IMG/VR virus record: IMGVR_UViG_3300049432_000156
Location: 1 to 64,000 of that record
Reading direction: 5' to 3' (one strand)
Length of the DNA stretch: 64,000 nucleotides
Source of the DNA: a virus
Shown here: positions 17,104 through 28,200 of the stretch, one piece after another
Layout of the letters: each line of letters starts with the position of its first letter
Numbering within the stretch: position 1 is the stretch's first letter
Translations under genes and position numbers: made by a program
Notes under the pieces: model-generated
Database searches by the model: none
The model's input: the letters and a program-made list of their open reading frames with translations, nothing else
Told to the model about the DNA's origin: nothing

Positions 17104-17804
17104 GTCCAGCGAGCGAGCGCAATGTCAGGCCAATTGGAACTCTTACCAGCCGCATGAACGCCCCAAACGTCAAAGACGCTATCCAATTTTTGAACGGTCC
17201 CAAGCGCGGACTGCTCGGCCAAATCGTCTCCGTTGATGGCGACAGGGCGAAAGTCCTATCCCGCGATATGGACGGTACACCGCACTTCTTCGAGCTTTCC
17301 GATGCTGACGAATTCGCTTTCGTCGGCGTAGCCGCGCTCGGTCCAAAGCAGAATGCGGCGGCAGAGACGGAACAAAAACCCTCTCTTCCGCCCCCGCTCA
17401 ATCCGCAGGAACTCTTGGAGCCGCTTCCTCCGGAAGTGAAGGTCCAACCGTTGAACGCGCAGCCAGAGGAGGAAGCGCCGCTGATGCCGAAGCTCAAGCC
17501 GCTCCACAAGCCCGGTCATCGCCGCATCAAACCGACTCGCGCCAATCCAACGCCCGCACCGCGGCCAGAGGTTCAGAGGCGGCAATTCATCGCGACCGTG
17601 AGGAACGCTCTCGGGCAAGAAACCACGGTGGAGATTGCCGTCCGCCTGGATGATAATCCGAATCGGCACAACAACGTCGCGATTATGAAAGCCATCCGCA
17701 CCAAGGCGATTCAGCGTGCAAAGCCGTTTCTAGTCCTGGGTTGGAAACTGAAGGAACCCCCTCTTGTCGCACACCAAACGGGGAGCGCCGGCCTCGAAAG
17801 CTGA
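17100..17804 (+). CDS. hypothetical protein, Pro-rich centre
   Basis: TTGA overlap with recombinase stop; 234 aa. Confidence 0.6.
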   Translation: MSPASERNVRPIGTLTSRMNAPNVKDAIQFLNGPKRGLLGQIVSVDGDRAKVLSRDMDGTPHFFELSDADEFAFVGVAALGPKQNAAAETEQKPSLPPPLNPQELLEPLPPEVKVQPLNAQPEEEAPLMPKLKPLHKPGHRRIKPTRANPTPAPRPEVQRRQFIATVRNALGQETTVEIAVRLDDNPNRHNNVAIMKAIRTKAIQRAKPFLVLGWKLKEPPLVAHQTGSAGLES

Positions 17805-17929
17805 GATTGCGCGGAGCGGCGACAATGACGTTGGTGCGCTCCAAATCACAGCGACCGGCGCAGAAAGATTTATGAATAGCGGCGCTCGTCACGATATTCC
17901 AAAGAATAAAATGGAAAGGCAATTGCAAA

Positions 17930-18721
17930 ATGCTTAAATGCGGAATAGTTACGTACGTTCCACCAGTCGGCAAATTGCACTCTGAAGCCTATGTTGCCAA
18001 CCTGTTGAAGTTTCCGCCGAAGCATCCGCTTTTCCTCATCTCAGATGACGCCGGGCACAACCCGTCTCGATTGATTAAAAACCCAGAGTTGATTGGGCGA
18101 AGGCCACCACACGCGTTGAACAACTACCTTTGGTTTTCTGCATTGCAACTGGCCAAGGATGTCGGCCTCGACTTCGGGATTTACATGGAGTCCGACTCCC
18201 GCGTTGGGCGCAAGGATTGGGACACCTACATGTTCGAAGAATTCTTTGGGCGGTATCCAAGCGGTCTCGCCTGCGCTGGCACGCCGGTTGCGTGGGATAT
18301 TTGCAGTGGCGGTGGCGAGCTCGCCAAAAATGTGATTGAGCAAGCGTGGCAGTACCAGCAGTTGTCCGGACTCCCGGCCTCTTTTTATAGCAGCAAACAT
18401 CCATACGACAATTCAGGCGCCTGCTACTATCCAAACGGTTCATTGATGATCTTCGAGACCGCTGCGATGTTGAAAATCTTCGATGGATTCTTGATCGATA
18501 TAGCCGCCTATTCAAAGCACCTGACAGCATTCGATATGGCCATCGGCAAGTTCCTGTGGAATTATCACGGGCCAAAGGCAATCCAGCACGTAGGCTGGCT
18601 GGCTTGTTCGTACTCGGCATTCGGCGATGCCGTGACCACACCGCAACAGCGCATTGCGATGCTTACCAGTGGTTCCAAAGTCGCGATCCACCAATGGAAA
18701 ATGGACGGACCTGAGCTATGA
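17930..18721 (+). CDS. putative GT-A-fold glycosyltransferase-like protein
   Basis: YMESDS (DxD-like), PNGS, AFD, AIHQWK. Confidence 0.5.
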   Translation: MLKCGIVTYVPPVGKLHSEAYVANLLKFPPKHPLFLISDDAGHNPSRLIKNPELIGRRPPHALNNYLWFSALQLAKDVGLDFGIYMESDSRVGRKDWDTYMFEEFFGRYPSGLACAGTPVAWDICSGGGELAKNVIEQAWQYQQLSGLPASFYSSKHPYDNSGACYYPNGSLMIFETAAMLKIFDGFLIDIAAYSKHLTAFDMAIGKFLWNYHGPKAIQHVGWLACSYSAFGDAVTTPQQRIAMLTSGSKVAIHQWKMDGPEL

Positions 18722-19449
18722 TTGTTGATGCATTTCTGCGTTCGTATGCAGGGGATGTACAATGGGTCCCGTGGGCGCTCCGCAGCCTCGACAAGTTTGT
18801 CACCGGAATTCGGGACATCGTAGTCGTGGTCCCGGCAAACGACTACACCGCATTCAAGAGCCTGAATCTGACCAAGGAGATTATTTGTTCGTCGCGGTTG
18901 GAGCCGTTCAAGGACGATTACTGCGGCCAACAGGCAGACAAACTAATCGCCCATCTCTACACCGATGCCGAGCACATCCTTTATTGGGATTCGGACGTGC
19001 TCGCAATTCGCCCGTTCTGTCCAAAAGACTTGATGATTGAAGGGAAACCACGCTGCCTTGAGACGCCATTCGAGAAATTGGTGAACGCAGATGGTAGCCC
19101 GGCGGTCCCCTGGAAACCCATTGTTGAGCGCGCTTTGGGGCATCCGGTTTCCAAAGAACGAATGAGAGCGCACCCTTTTTTGGTGAATCGAATGGCGCTC
19201 ATCGGCCTGCGCGATTACATGCAGAAGCTTCATCACGTCCCGCTGGTGGATTACATCGCAGCGCAGCCGAACGGGGAATTTTCGGAGTGGAATGTACTTC
19301 ATAGTTGGGCGGCGGATCACGCTCCGGACCTGTTCACGTTTTGGGATACGGAGAAACAAGGCGTGCCAGAACCGTTCGTGCGCCAATTTTGGAGCTGGTC
19401 GGGTGTGACCCTGGAGATTCGCGCGGAGATGGAGAAATTGATCGCATGA
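18718..19449 (+). CDS. DUF6492-like putative glycosyltransferase
   Basis: LRSLDKF, GQQADKL, YWDSD, FSEWN. Confidence 0.6.
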   Translation: MIVDAFLRSYAGDVQWVPWALRSLDKFVTGIRDIVVVVPANDYTAFKSLNLTKEIICSSRLEPFKDDYCGQQADKLIAHLYTDAEHILYWDSDVLAIRPFCPKDLMIEGKPRCLETPFEKLVNADGSPAVPWKPIVERALGHPVSKERMRAHPFLVNRMALIGLRDYMQKLHHVPLVDYIAAQPNGEFSEWNVLHSWAADHAPDLFTFWDTEKQGVPEPFVRQFWSWSGVTLEIRAEMEKLIA

Positions 19450-19661
19450 AGAAACAGTTCATCGTTGTCGGCATTTGCGCGTCGTGTTTGATCTCTTGCC
19501 ACAAAGAGCTTCAGCAAGGCGGGGTAACGAAGAATGGGGAGTTCAAGATCGTCATCATAGATGGTTGCCAGTACATCCTGATGGCAACTTCCGATCCCAA
19601 CGTTGTTACCCACAAAGGCGATTGCACGAATCGGATTCACATTTACCGGGTGGAACAATGA
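19446..19661 (+). CDS. small putative lipoprotein
   Basis: MKKQFIVVGICASCLISC lipobox-like; IDGCQYI..HKGDC. Confidence 0.6.
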   Translation: MKKQFIVVGICASCLISCHKELQQGGVTKNGEFKIVIIDGCQYILMATSDPNVVTHKGDCTNRIHIYRVEQ

Positions 19662-19861
19662 AAATGCAAGAATTGGTTGATAGGCTTCTCGAGTTATCTC
19701 CAAATCATAACGCGGAGGTCTGGATGCAATGTCCTTCGTTCGGACCTAACTCCTCCATGTTTCAGGAGATCGAAACCGTGGAGATAAATAATTCGGGAAC
19801 AATTATTCTCAACGCGCCAGGACTATCGTTGCCTCATAGTGTGGCAGGAACACGAGCATGA
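19658..19861 (+). CDS. hypothetical protein
   Basis: MKMQELVDRL.. coupled ORF. Confidence 0.55.
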   Translation: MKMQELVDRLLELSPNHNAEVWMQCPSFGPNSSMFQEIETVEINNSGTIILNAPGLSLPHSVAGTRA

Positions 19862-20100
19862 ACTTGGAACAATGGCTTATTGGACGCCCGGACATTGTTC
19901 AGAGCATGGCCCGGCGCTATCCTCCCGGCACGAAGTTCCGTATCCACGACAAAGTTGTTTGGGTTGTCTCATTCAGAGAGGACGGAAGCCTGATGGTATC
20001 TGAAACGAATCCAGCGGAAGATTACGACAAATCTGTTGCCACGCGACAGCCTGTCTGCAACTGCTGCGTAGCAAATCTGGATGCGGTGCGAATATCATAA
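19858..20100 (+). CDS. hypothetical protein
   Basis: Coupled ORF. Confidence 0.6.
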   Translation: MNLEQWLIGRPDIVQSMARRYPPGTKFRIHDKVVWVVSFREDGSLMVSETNPAEDYDKSVATRQPVCNCCVANLDAVRIS

Positions 20101-20424
20101 CATGAATCACATTTACGTAACGCCGATGCCATTCGTGGCATTTGGGAAAACGCTGTGGTCCCTGGAAGTGCGCGCTCATACATGCGCGGTATTTGACCGC
20201 GGCAATGTCATCCAGCCGGATCATCCATTTCAAATCAGCTATCTCGACCATAATGGAGACAACACCATTCGTCAGGGTTCTGTACGGACACACGGCTGGA
20301 AATCCGCAGATGACGCCAGACAATTCGCTGTGACAAAACAAAAAGAACTTCTTGAGCGCATCGCCAAAGGCGAACACGTCAACACGAACGTCAGCATCCT
20401 GGCCAATCCAGCGGTAATTATCCA

Positions 20425-21093
20425 ATGATCCGACAAACCAAAGAAGGCTGGTGGATCATCGAAGGTGACACCTGCATCTCCAAATGGATTGAGGACACGG
20501 GGAACCTGGATGCCGACGTTAACACCATACCGTTCATCTGCAAATTGATCGGCGAAGGCGCAGTCGTGGTTGACGGAGGCGCTTATGTGGGAGACCACAC
20601 CTTTGGCTATCTCAGGGCTGCCGGAAAAACCGGTAGCGTTTATTCATTCGAGCCAGAGCCGGAAGCATACCGTTGCCTTGTCCGCAACTGTCCCGACGCA
20701 TTTACTTACCAACTTGCGCTCGGCGACAGCTACGGACCTTCGACCATGCGAATCGTATATAATAACCCAGGAGCCAGTTGGCTTGAAAAGTCCGGCCTTC
20801 GTCCTCTGTTCGTCATTCCATTGGACGCAATGGAACTGCCGAGCTTGTCACTGCTCAAACTGGACCTGGAAGGTTACGAATTGCGCGCGCTCAAAGGCGC
20901 TGCCGAAACGATCAAACGATGCCGGCCAATCATCGTCATCGAAATTTATGAAGCGGCTTTGGAGCGCCAGGTAGCGAAGCCGCAGGACATATTCACTTTC
21001 CTCGACCAGATGGGTTATCAGTACCGAAACCTTCATGTGGCTAACCCTTGTGAGGGCGTTGTGTTCGATATTGTGTGCACTTTCGGCGCATGA
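20425..21093 (+). CDS. FkbM-family SAM methyltransferase
   Basis: VDGGAYVGDH, YSFEP, LKLDLEGYELRALKGA..TI..CRP.I.IE. Confidence 0.92.
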   Translation: MIRQTKEGWWIIEGDTCISKWIEDTGNLDADVNTIPFICKLIGEGAVVVDGGAYVGDHTFGYLRAAGKTGSVYSFEPEPEAYRCLVRNCPDAFTYQLALGDSYGPSTMRIVYNNPGASWLEKSGLRPLFVIPLDAMELPSLSLLKLDLEGYELRALKGAAETIKRCRPIIVIEIYEAALERQVAKPQDIFTFLDQMGYQYRNLHVANPCEGVVFDIVCTFGA

Positions 21094-21899
21094 TTGACAC
21101 CAGCACAACTAAGAAGGAACAGCTTCGCACGGGTTATTTCCAGACCGGCACAGGCCCTGAACGCATCCTGATCCTTGGAAGCTGCCGCACCTTGGCTTTA
21201 ACCAACTACCTTGATTGCTTCAATCGCCGATTCGGGAATCCGTTCACGATTTATCGAATTGACCCACACGACTTTCATTGGAACACACAGGACGAACGGG
21301 TGGACATCGAAGCGGCCGTCGCGGCTCAAGAACGGAATTCTCACTTGCTCGACATGCTTCATTCGACGCCGATCTTCATCCACGAATATCTGCGTAACTA
21401 CGGCATGTTCAATACAGATCGTCAGGCGCTGAAAAACATCTGGCAGTTCGGCATTGCTCCAAGGCTGGACATCTGCCTGCCGAATTGGCACGACAGGTTC
21501 GTCTTGTTCCAAGACCAGCTTAATGCCGATACCGCCCTGAAAGGAATGGTGCAGGCAGGCGGGTTGACCGCCGAATTGTCCTGCCTGATGAGAGATCTCG
21601 GCCTCGCCGCCCTGGACAAATTCTACAACATCTGCCGCTTGACCAGCTTTCCGGAGATGGCGGATCATTTCCGGGAATGGTGGACGCGCAAACGTTTCTT
21701 CTGGACGGGCAACCACGTCTCGCGCCATTTCACGCTCTATCTTTTTCACCAGCTCAACGAGCGTTTTCTACACCTGAGTTGGGATGACGCGTTCCAGAAT
21801 GAAATTGAAGCCCAGAACTTGTTTTCACAGCCGCACACGCCCATGACGCAGGCCGACGTGGATGCCTACGGCCTGAAATGGGATGAGCCTATAATATGA
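21090..21899 (+). CDS. WcbI-like polysaccharide biosynthesis protein
   Basis: ILILGSCR N-terminus and FFWTGNH C-terminal motif resemble WcbI GNCQ / F.T.NHP. Confidence 0.45.
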   Translation: MIDTSTTKKEQLRTGYFQTGTGPERILILGSCRTLALTNYLDCFNRRFGNPFTIYRIDPHDFHWNTQDERVDIEAAVAAQERNSHLLDMLHSTPIFIHEYLRNYGMFNTDRQALKNIWQFGIAPRLDICLPNWHDRFVLFQDQLNADTALKGMVQAGGLTAELSCLMRDLGLAALDKFYNICRLTSFPEMADHFREWWTRKRFFWTGNHVSRHFTLYLFHQLNERFLHLSWDDAFQNEIEAQNLFSQPHTPMTQADVDAYGLKWDEPII

Positions 21900-22201
21900 A
21901 ACCACTCGCAACAACAAAAACCGCCGCCACTGTAATGTGCCGTCCGCAATTCAGGATCGACTGCGTTGGCGAGGAAGGCCCTCATTCTGATATGGAGAAA
22001 TATGGATGGGTGCCAAGTGGGGATGACATGCTTTATCTCACAGTGAAAACCTGTGTGAATACATGGCATTGCATGGTGCCAAGAGCCGCTATGAACGCCG
22101 TGTTCGAGGCGATCAACAAAAACGGTGTCACGATTGAATTTTGCGGTTCAGATAGCCGTCAATCTCCCATGCCGCTAGACCGCCAGCCTCCGCAGCCGTG
22201 A
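21896..22201 (+). CDS. hypothetical protein
   Basis: Last + gene, converges on the giant gene. Confidence 0.5.
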   Translation: MKPLATTKTAATVMCRPQFRIDCVGEEGPHSDMEKYGWVPSGDDMLYLTVKTCVNTWHCMVPRAAMNAVFEAINKNGVTIEFCGSDSRQSPMPLDRQPPQP

Positions 22202-25200
22202 CTGTCTCGGCCTTCTTGACGCGCCCCTGAGCAAGCTACGAGTTCTCAGCCCACGCCGCAGTGACCTTGATCTGAACCCGGAGCGCACGCCGCGCGGAGA
22301 GCCAAGAGAGAGTCGGCTGCGCGAACCGCCGAATCCTCCGATGTCGGAAAAAGCGCCTGAGCTTTCGGATGGCACCGCGCCGAAGCCGCGTCCGCCGCCG
22401 AAGCTCCGGGCTGTAGCGCCGCCTCCACCCGTGCCGTAACGGCTGGCAATCTGGTTGAAGACAGCGTTGGCCTCATTCTGCCGTCCGAGCGCTTCAGGAG
22501 TCATACGTGAGTAAATCATTTCGCGTTCGCCGTCCGTCAGCACACGGGAGAACACGGCGGACTCTGGTGCCCGCGTCCGGATAGCGGAGATGATTGCCTG
22601 CTCAGGGTTCGGATTGCCCGACGCACGACTCTGCTCAACGGCTTTGGCAAAGGCTTCGTCCGCCGTGGACCAATCTCCGACTGCCGCCGCATTCAGAATC
22701 GTGTTGTAGAGCGGAGTCATGGGCGTGACGCGCAGATCATTGCCTGACGAAGGCTGCCTTCTCTTGGCTTCCAAACTCTCCGGCGTATTGGCGCGAAGCT
22801 CATTGGCGGCGTTGCGCATCTTGACCAAACCCTCGCGTGATGGCGCCCGGTTGATGAGCGCCCGCGCCACGGGCGAGTAACGCGCCAGGAAATCCACGGC
22901 TGGCCCGGCATCACGGCTCTGGTAAATCTTAGCCATTGTTTGAAGGAGGTCCGTGACGTAGTTCGCGCCGAAGATCGGATTGCGCAGACCGAGTTTACCT
23001 GGTGTATCCTTGAACCCTTTGAAGATGCTGCCCGCCGCACCCCAGAAGTTCGCCGCAACAGAGAGCAGAATCTTCCAGCGATCATCGTCATTGTCCGCGT
23101 CCAGGAAATCCGGTTGCGATGAGATCGTGTTGAACAACGCGTCATTCGCACGCTGCCCGGGAATCCTCGCAACCAACCCGGCTATGCCCGATGCGATCAG
23201 GAAGCCGAACACAAACGGCAGATAACGCACGTCACTGCCTTTCTGGCCGCGGACCTTGGCGAACAATTCCTGCAACTTGTCCGTGTTCCAAAGAAACCAT
23301 TGGCCGAGCACACCGCCAATCTGCCGTTCTTTGCTGCCCATGAAATACGTCGGCCTGCTCGTCGGCGTGCCCATGTTCGTGTCTTCGGCCATTTTGAACT
23401 GCAACGCATACCGCTGCGCCGGGGTCATAATCGGCGCTGTGCGGTTCCCGTTGGGATGCGTCTTGTTCCACCAATACTTCAGCATGATCAGGTCAACCGG
23501 ATCGTTGTTTTCCAGGAACATGTTGCGAAGCTGGACAGCGGCTTTGCGCATCGTCAGTCCGACGATGATTGGGTCTTTGCCCGTCAATTCGGCAGGTGAC
23601 AGGAGTTCACCCTTGCCATCCGGCCCGATCAAAACACCGGAGAACCGTTTGTAGTTGTCGCCGTATTCCCGATAGAGCCTTGCGAACTCCGGATCGTTCT
23701 CAAGCCGGCTGTCGAATGCGCGCATCGCCCGGACTTCCAAAGACCTTCCAAGGCTTTGCTCCTTGGCGATGGATTTGACATTGATCCAGTTATCGACGGA
23801 GCGCATGAAGCCATGCCGCAGTAAGACTTGTCCGGCGCGCGGGATCATCCCGATGTAACCGAACGCTTCCTTGCTCCCGCTCAGACTTGGGTCGGCGTGA
23901 ATGTCACGGAACGCGGCCATTGCCGCTTTGAAGTTTTCCGCCAGCGTCCATTCCGCATTGGTGCCCATCGCTTCCCGGTAAGAGAACCGGTCGATCATGC
24001 CCATCCTGGCCTGTTGCTCTCGGTCGGCAGCTTCCTGAGCCATGCCGGATACGATCTCCGTTGCCGCTTCTCTCAGGTCGCGATTGTCCAACAGCCGTTT
24101 GACGGCGTTGGTCTTCATTGCACGCAGAGCTTTAGCGCCCGGGCGAAGACTGACAGGTTCGCCTTTCCACTTCAGATACGGCACTTTCAATTCCGCCAGA
24201 GCAGCAGTTTTTATGGCCGTGCGCACCCAATCTTTTACGAGATGGCCTGTCACCCACAACCAGCCGCCTTTGCGGATCTCCGCCGTCTTCAATGCCCACA
24301 TGAACTCGCCTGAAACGCCGTTCGTGATCAAAGTCATCGGTGCCAGGAGCACGTTGCTGACGGCGAAATTCCACCACGGCATGAACATCCGTGACGCGAT
24401 GTCATCACCGAAGAATCCCTCGCCGCGTTTTGCGATGTCGGTGACGTTGTTTAACAACCTGCCAATGCGGGCGATGTCCCGGTTCACCTCCCAGATCGCC
24501 ATCTGATGTTTCTGCACGGACTCGTTTCCGGAGACGATGGCTGCGTTCAGCTTGCGCCGGGCCTGCCAGCCGGTGCCACCGTAAGCGTCCTTCAACGTCT
24601 TGGACAACGCGGTCTTCTCCGCGAGTAACGCAGTGTTCAACGACCGCAGGCTGTCGCGGTACTTGATGACGTAGAATTCTAGGGCATTGGCGCCTTTGCG
24701 GAAGGCATCAACCGGGTCGGTTGTTCCGTACCGGTACAACGTGCCAGGAGCAATCTTTCCGCCGCGCGGCTGGGTGAATTCGTTCTCATGCACGGTGATG
24801 TCCACATTGGCCGCGGTCGCTTTCCTTGCGTTATCATCCGAGACCTTCAGCATGAACTCGTTCACTTCATCAATCAGCTTTCGTCGGACTTCGCCAGCAG
24901 TTGCCGGTGGCAGTGGCGGGTCAGAGCCTGCGATTCGCTGGTTATACCGATCTGCAATGAACTGCGCTAACTCATCCAGGCTGGCCGGCATCCGGCCCTC
25001 TCTGAACAAAATCTCGCGTTCGTTCCGTATCCGTTTGTAATCCTCAGCGAATTTGCCTTGGCCAAGCTGGAAATAAGGGCGCTCGTCTTCAAGGACGTGC
25101 CCGAGCACGACGCGTTTGTACCGGTCCCCGGCGCTGAGGAATTGGTCGATCTGATTATTCTCCCGGGCGCTCTTCCACAACGCCGGCAGTTCACGGCTGC

Positions 25201-28200
25201 TCGGTGGCAGAAATCGCGGTATCGTTCCCGGCCCGCGCGACAATGGCGCCCTGAACATCCTGAGTTCATGCTCCTTGATCATGGCCGGGTCCTCGGCCAG
25301 GGCGGATTCAAACCCGGCGCGCTGCGCCAGGCGGACAAGGTGTTGCTCGAATTCGTACTGCGTCCGGATCGCCGCCATGTCTTCTTTGGTGATGACGTGT
25401 CCGAATGGTGTGTGCTCGCCGACGTTGTATAACGTCTGTCCAGTGTGCTGCCGAGAATCGTGGATGAACGAAGCCACTTCATCGCGCCAACGGTCCAGCG
25501 TCATCCCCGGATGCGACCGCATCGCCTTCAGGTTTGTGCCCCGAATGATTTCATCGAACTTCTTCTGCAACGCATTGTTGGTCTTGAGCGCAAGCGAATA
25601 AGCGTTGCCTGCCCTTATCATCTTTAGATTGAGAGCGCCGGGTATCCTTGAAGCCGTCGTTGCCGAGATCAATCCGTACTTTGATTTGGTAACGAAATTG
25701 AACCACTTGATCGGGTTGAACCAAGACGGATCAGTCAGCCGATCGTTGTCCGCGTGCGATGCCAAGATTTGAGCATCGATGTATTCCGCGAAGTGCATCC
25801 AACCAGCGGCTTTGATTGGATCGGCATCCGGTCGCGCCGCGTATTCAAGCCCGGCATCCTTCAGCGCGTTCAGTTTCAGGAGCAATTCAACCTGCCCACC
25901 AAACCGGTAATCCACTTCAACGTCAGCGCCGGTCAACGGATGCTCGTATGTGACAACGACACCGTCCACCGTGTTCTTGATGTCCTTGATTGCGCCGGTT
26001 GCACGCTGCATTTGCTTTCCGAAAGCCACGAATTCTGGGTTGGCATCATGTTCGTTTAGGAACTGCGCGGCTGCTTCCAGATTCGCCTTCTTTTCAGTCA
26101 ACGTCTCGATGCGCCGGTCGAGCCGCCGCGCAGCGGCACTGAGCGCATCGGATTCGACTTGAGCCTTGGCATACTCCTTGAGAATCGCATTGAAACCGCG
26201 CGGCGTCCTCGAACGAAGATCGTTCAGGTAATCCGCGTTGAACCGCCGCAACGTTCCGTCGGCCGTCATCTGGACTTCGAGCAATGCCTGCCGCCAATCG
26301 CCAATCTGACGAAGACCCCAGAGCGTTGCCTCGATGACATCGCGCCCAGCGTTGATGGCCTTGTTGCCTTCCGGTGTTTGGATTTGGTCAAGATGCGTTG
26401 CCAATTGGCGGACCCAGGCGCGCACCGTGAGCGGTGGCGATAACCCAGGCGAACCAGTTTGAGTCGCGATAAGCTCAAGAACGTTTTCGCCAGGCCGTTC
26501 AGCCGTCAAAGCAGCGCGCCCGACCAGCCGGGTTATTCCACTCAACGCCCGTGCGTGCGCCACGGGTTGACTGAGCAAATCATTGAGTTCAGCGATGTGT
26601 TCGATGCCTTCGCCGATGACTGCGTTGGTGTGCGCTTTCTCTCCGACAGCGATTTGTTCGGTATGGATTTTGTCGATGATTTCTCCAAGCCGATTGGTCC
26701 GTTCCACCTGCGCTTCGTTGGTTTCCGGTGTGGCCGTGATGCGGTCGGTAATCGCCTGGGCATGATCAACGGCAGCCGCCTCCACTTTACTCAGGATTTT
26801 CAGCTTCTCCGCCTGGTACAGGTTCCATTCAACAAAGGCATTGTGTGCGTGCTCAGCTTTCTTTTCCGGCGTGATGTTCGGGTCAGCCATGACCTGGGCG
26901 AACGTTGGGCCGGTCTCGCGGTGCGTCCCAATCCTGCCGCCGAACATGTCTTCAAGCTCACCGCGGATGCCGGCGGGCAAAGCTGTGTAGCGCGGAATCA
27001 CCGACGACGGCACCAACCCCTTGTTGATGACCGACGCCATTGCGCGGAAGTATTCCGGTGTCCGGGTTTCCTCCAACGGTTTGACGTACTCCTCGACGGC
27101 CTGGCGGGATTCCAGGGCGGCTTGGGTGCCCCTGCTGCGGCTTATGCTGGGAGGTTCCGCGCGGGCCTGCCCGGCAAGGATGTCCCCGATTGGGCCAGCA
27201 GCGCGATCTGCCGGTCCAGTTCTTCCAAGGCCGGCACGTCCTTGTTCCGGAATGCCGACAACTCCCGGCGCATTGACTCCAAGTGGACCTTCACCAGGCC
27301 GTGCAGCTTCACCGGGTCGTTCGGGGCCAACGGCTGAAGAAGATTGAAAACTCTCGGCACGATTCCTTGTATTGTAATTTTGGAGTCGGTCATTGATTTC
27401 ATTGAATGCCTCCCAGTTTGTAGTAAAAATCTTGTCCAATGTCCCCTCAAAAATCTCGACGGGTATGTCCGCCGAGCGGAGTCTGGCATAGTTGTTCGCG
27501 AGTTCAGCGGTAAAATCGGCTCCTTCTGTCCTGGCGGCAACGTGGGTTATTTCGTGAATGAAGATGTGCAGAGCTTCCGATGCCGCCGCTGCCGGGCTGC
27601 TCCTACCCGCGTTGGAGAACAATCCGAGGTTGAACCATATCGCCCGCATCGGCTTTACCATGTTCAAGCCGCGATAATTCTTGTCGAAAGAGATTCCGCC
27701 GAACCATCCGGTGATCGAAGCGTCGGTGAGTTGTTCGTACTCGCCTCCAACTTTCTTGCCCCATTCGCGCATGAAGTTCAGAAGGACATTGCCGGTCTCG
27801 GTGATCAGTGTCCCGGCGCGCGGAATGTCGTCAAACTCCACGGCGACGTTGTTGTGAAGATTCGGCACAGACGGGTCCATGTCGCTCACGTCGATTTCCG
27901 TTTTCTTCAGGTCAATCTCGCGCTTTGCCTCGAAAGTCTTTCTGACGTACTCCTGCTTGCTCTCGGTGATCGCGGTTCCGTCCCTGTAGTGAATGACGAC
28001 ATCCGGGCCTCGAAAATCCACGGACTCAATTTCCTTCGGCTTTCTGATCGGAGGCGGCGGTTCGGACTTCTTTCGGAAATAACGCCGCTCCATGTCGGCC
28101 ATCTCTTCCGGCGTCCAATCTTTCATCGGATCAACCTTCTCCAATTGCCGAATGCTGGTGAACGCTTCCTTGGCCTGAAGCAGTTCCTGCTCAACCGCCA

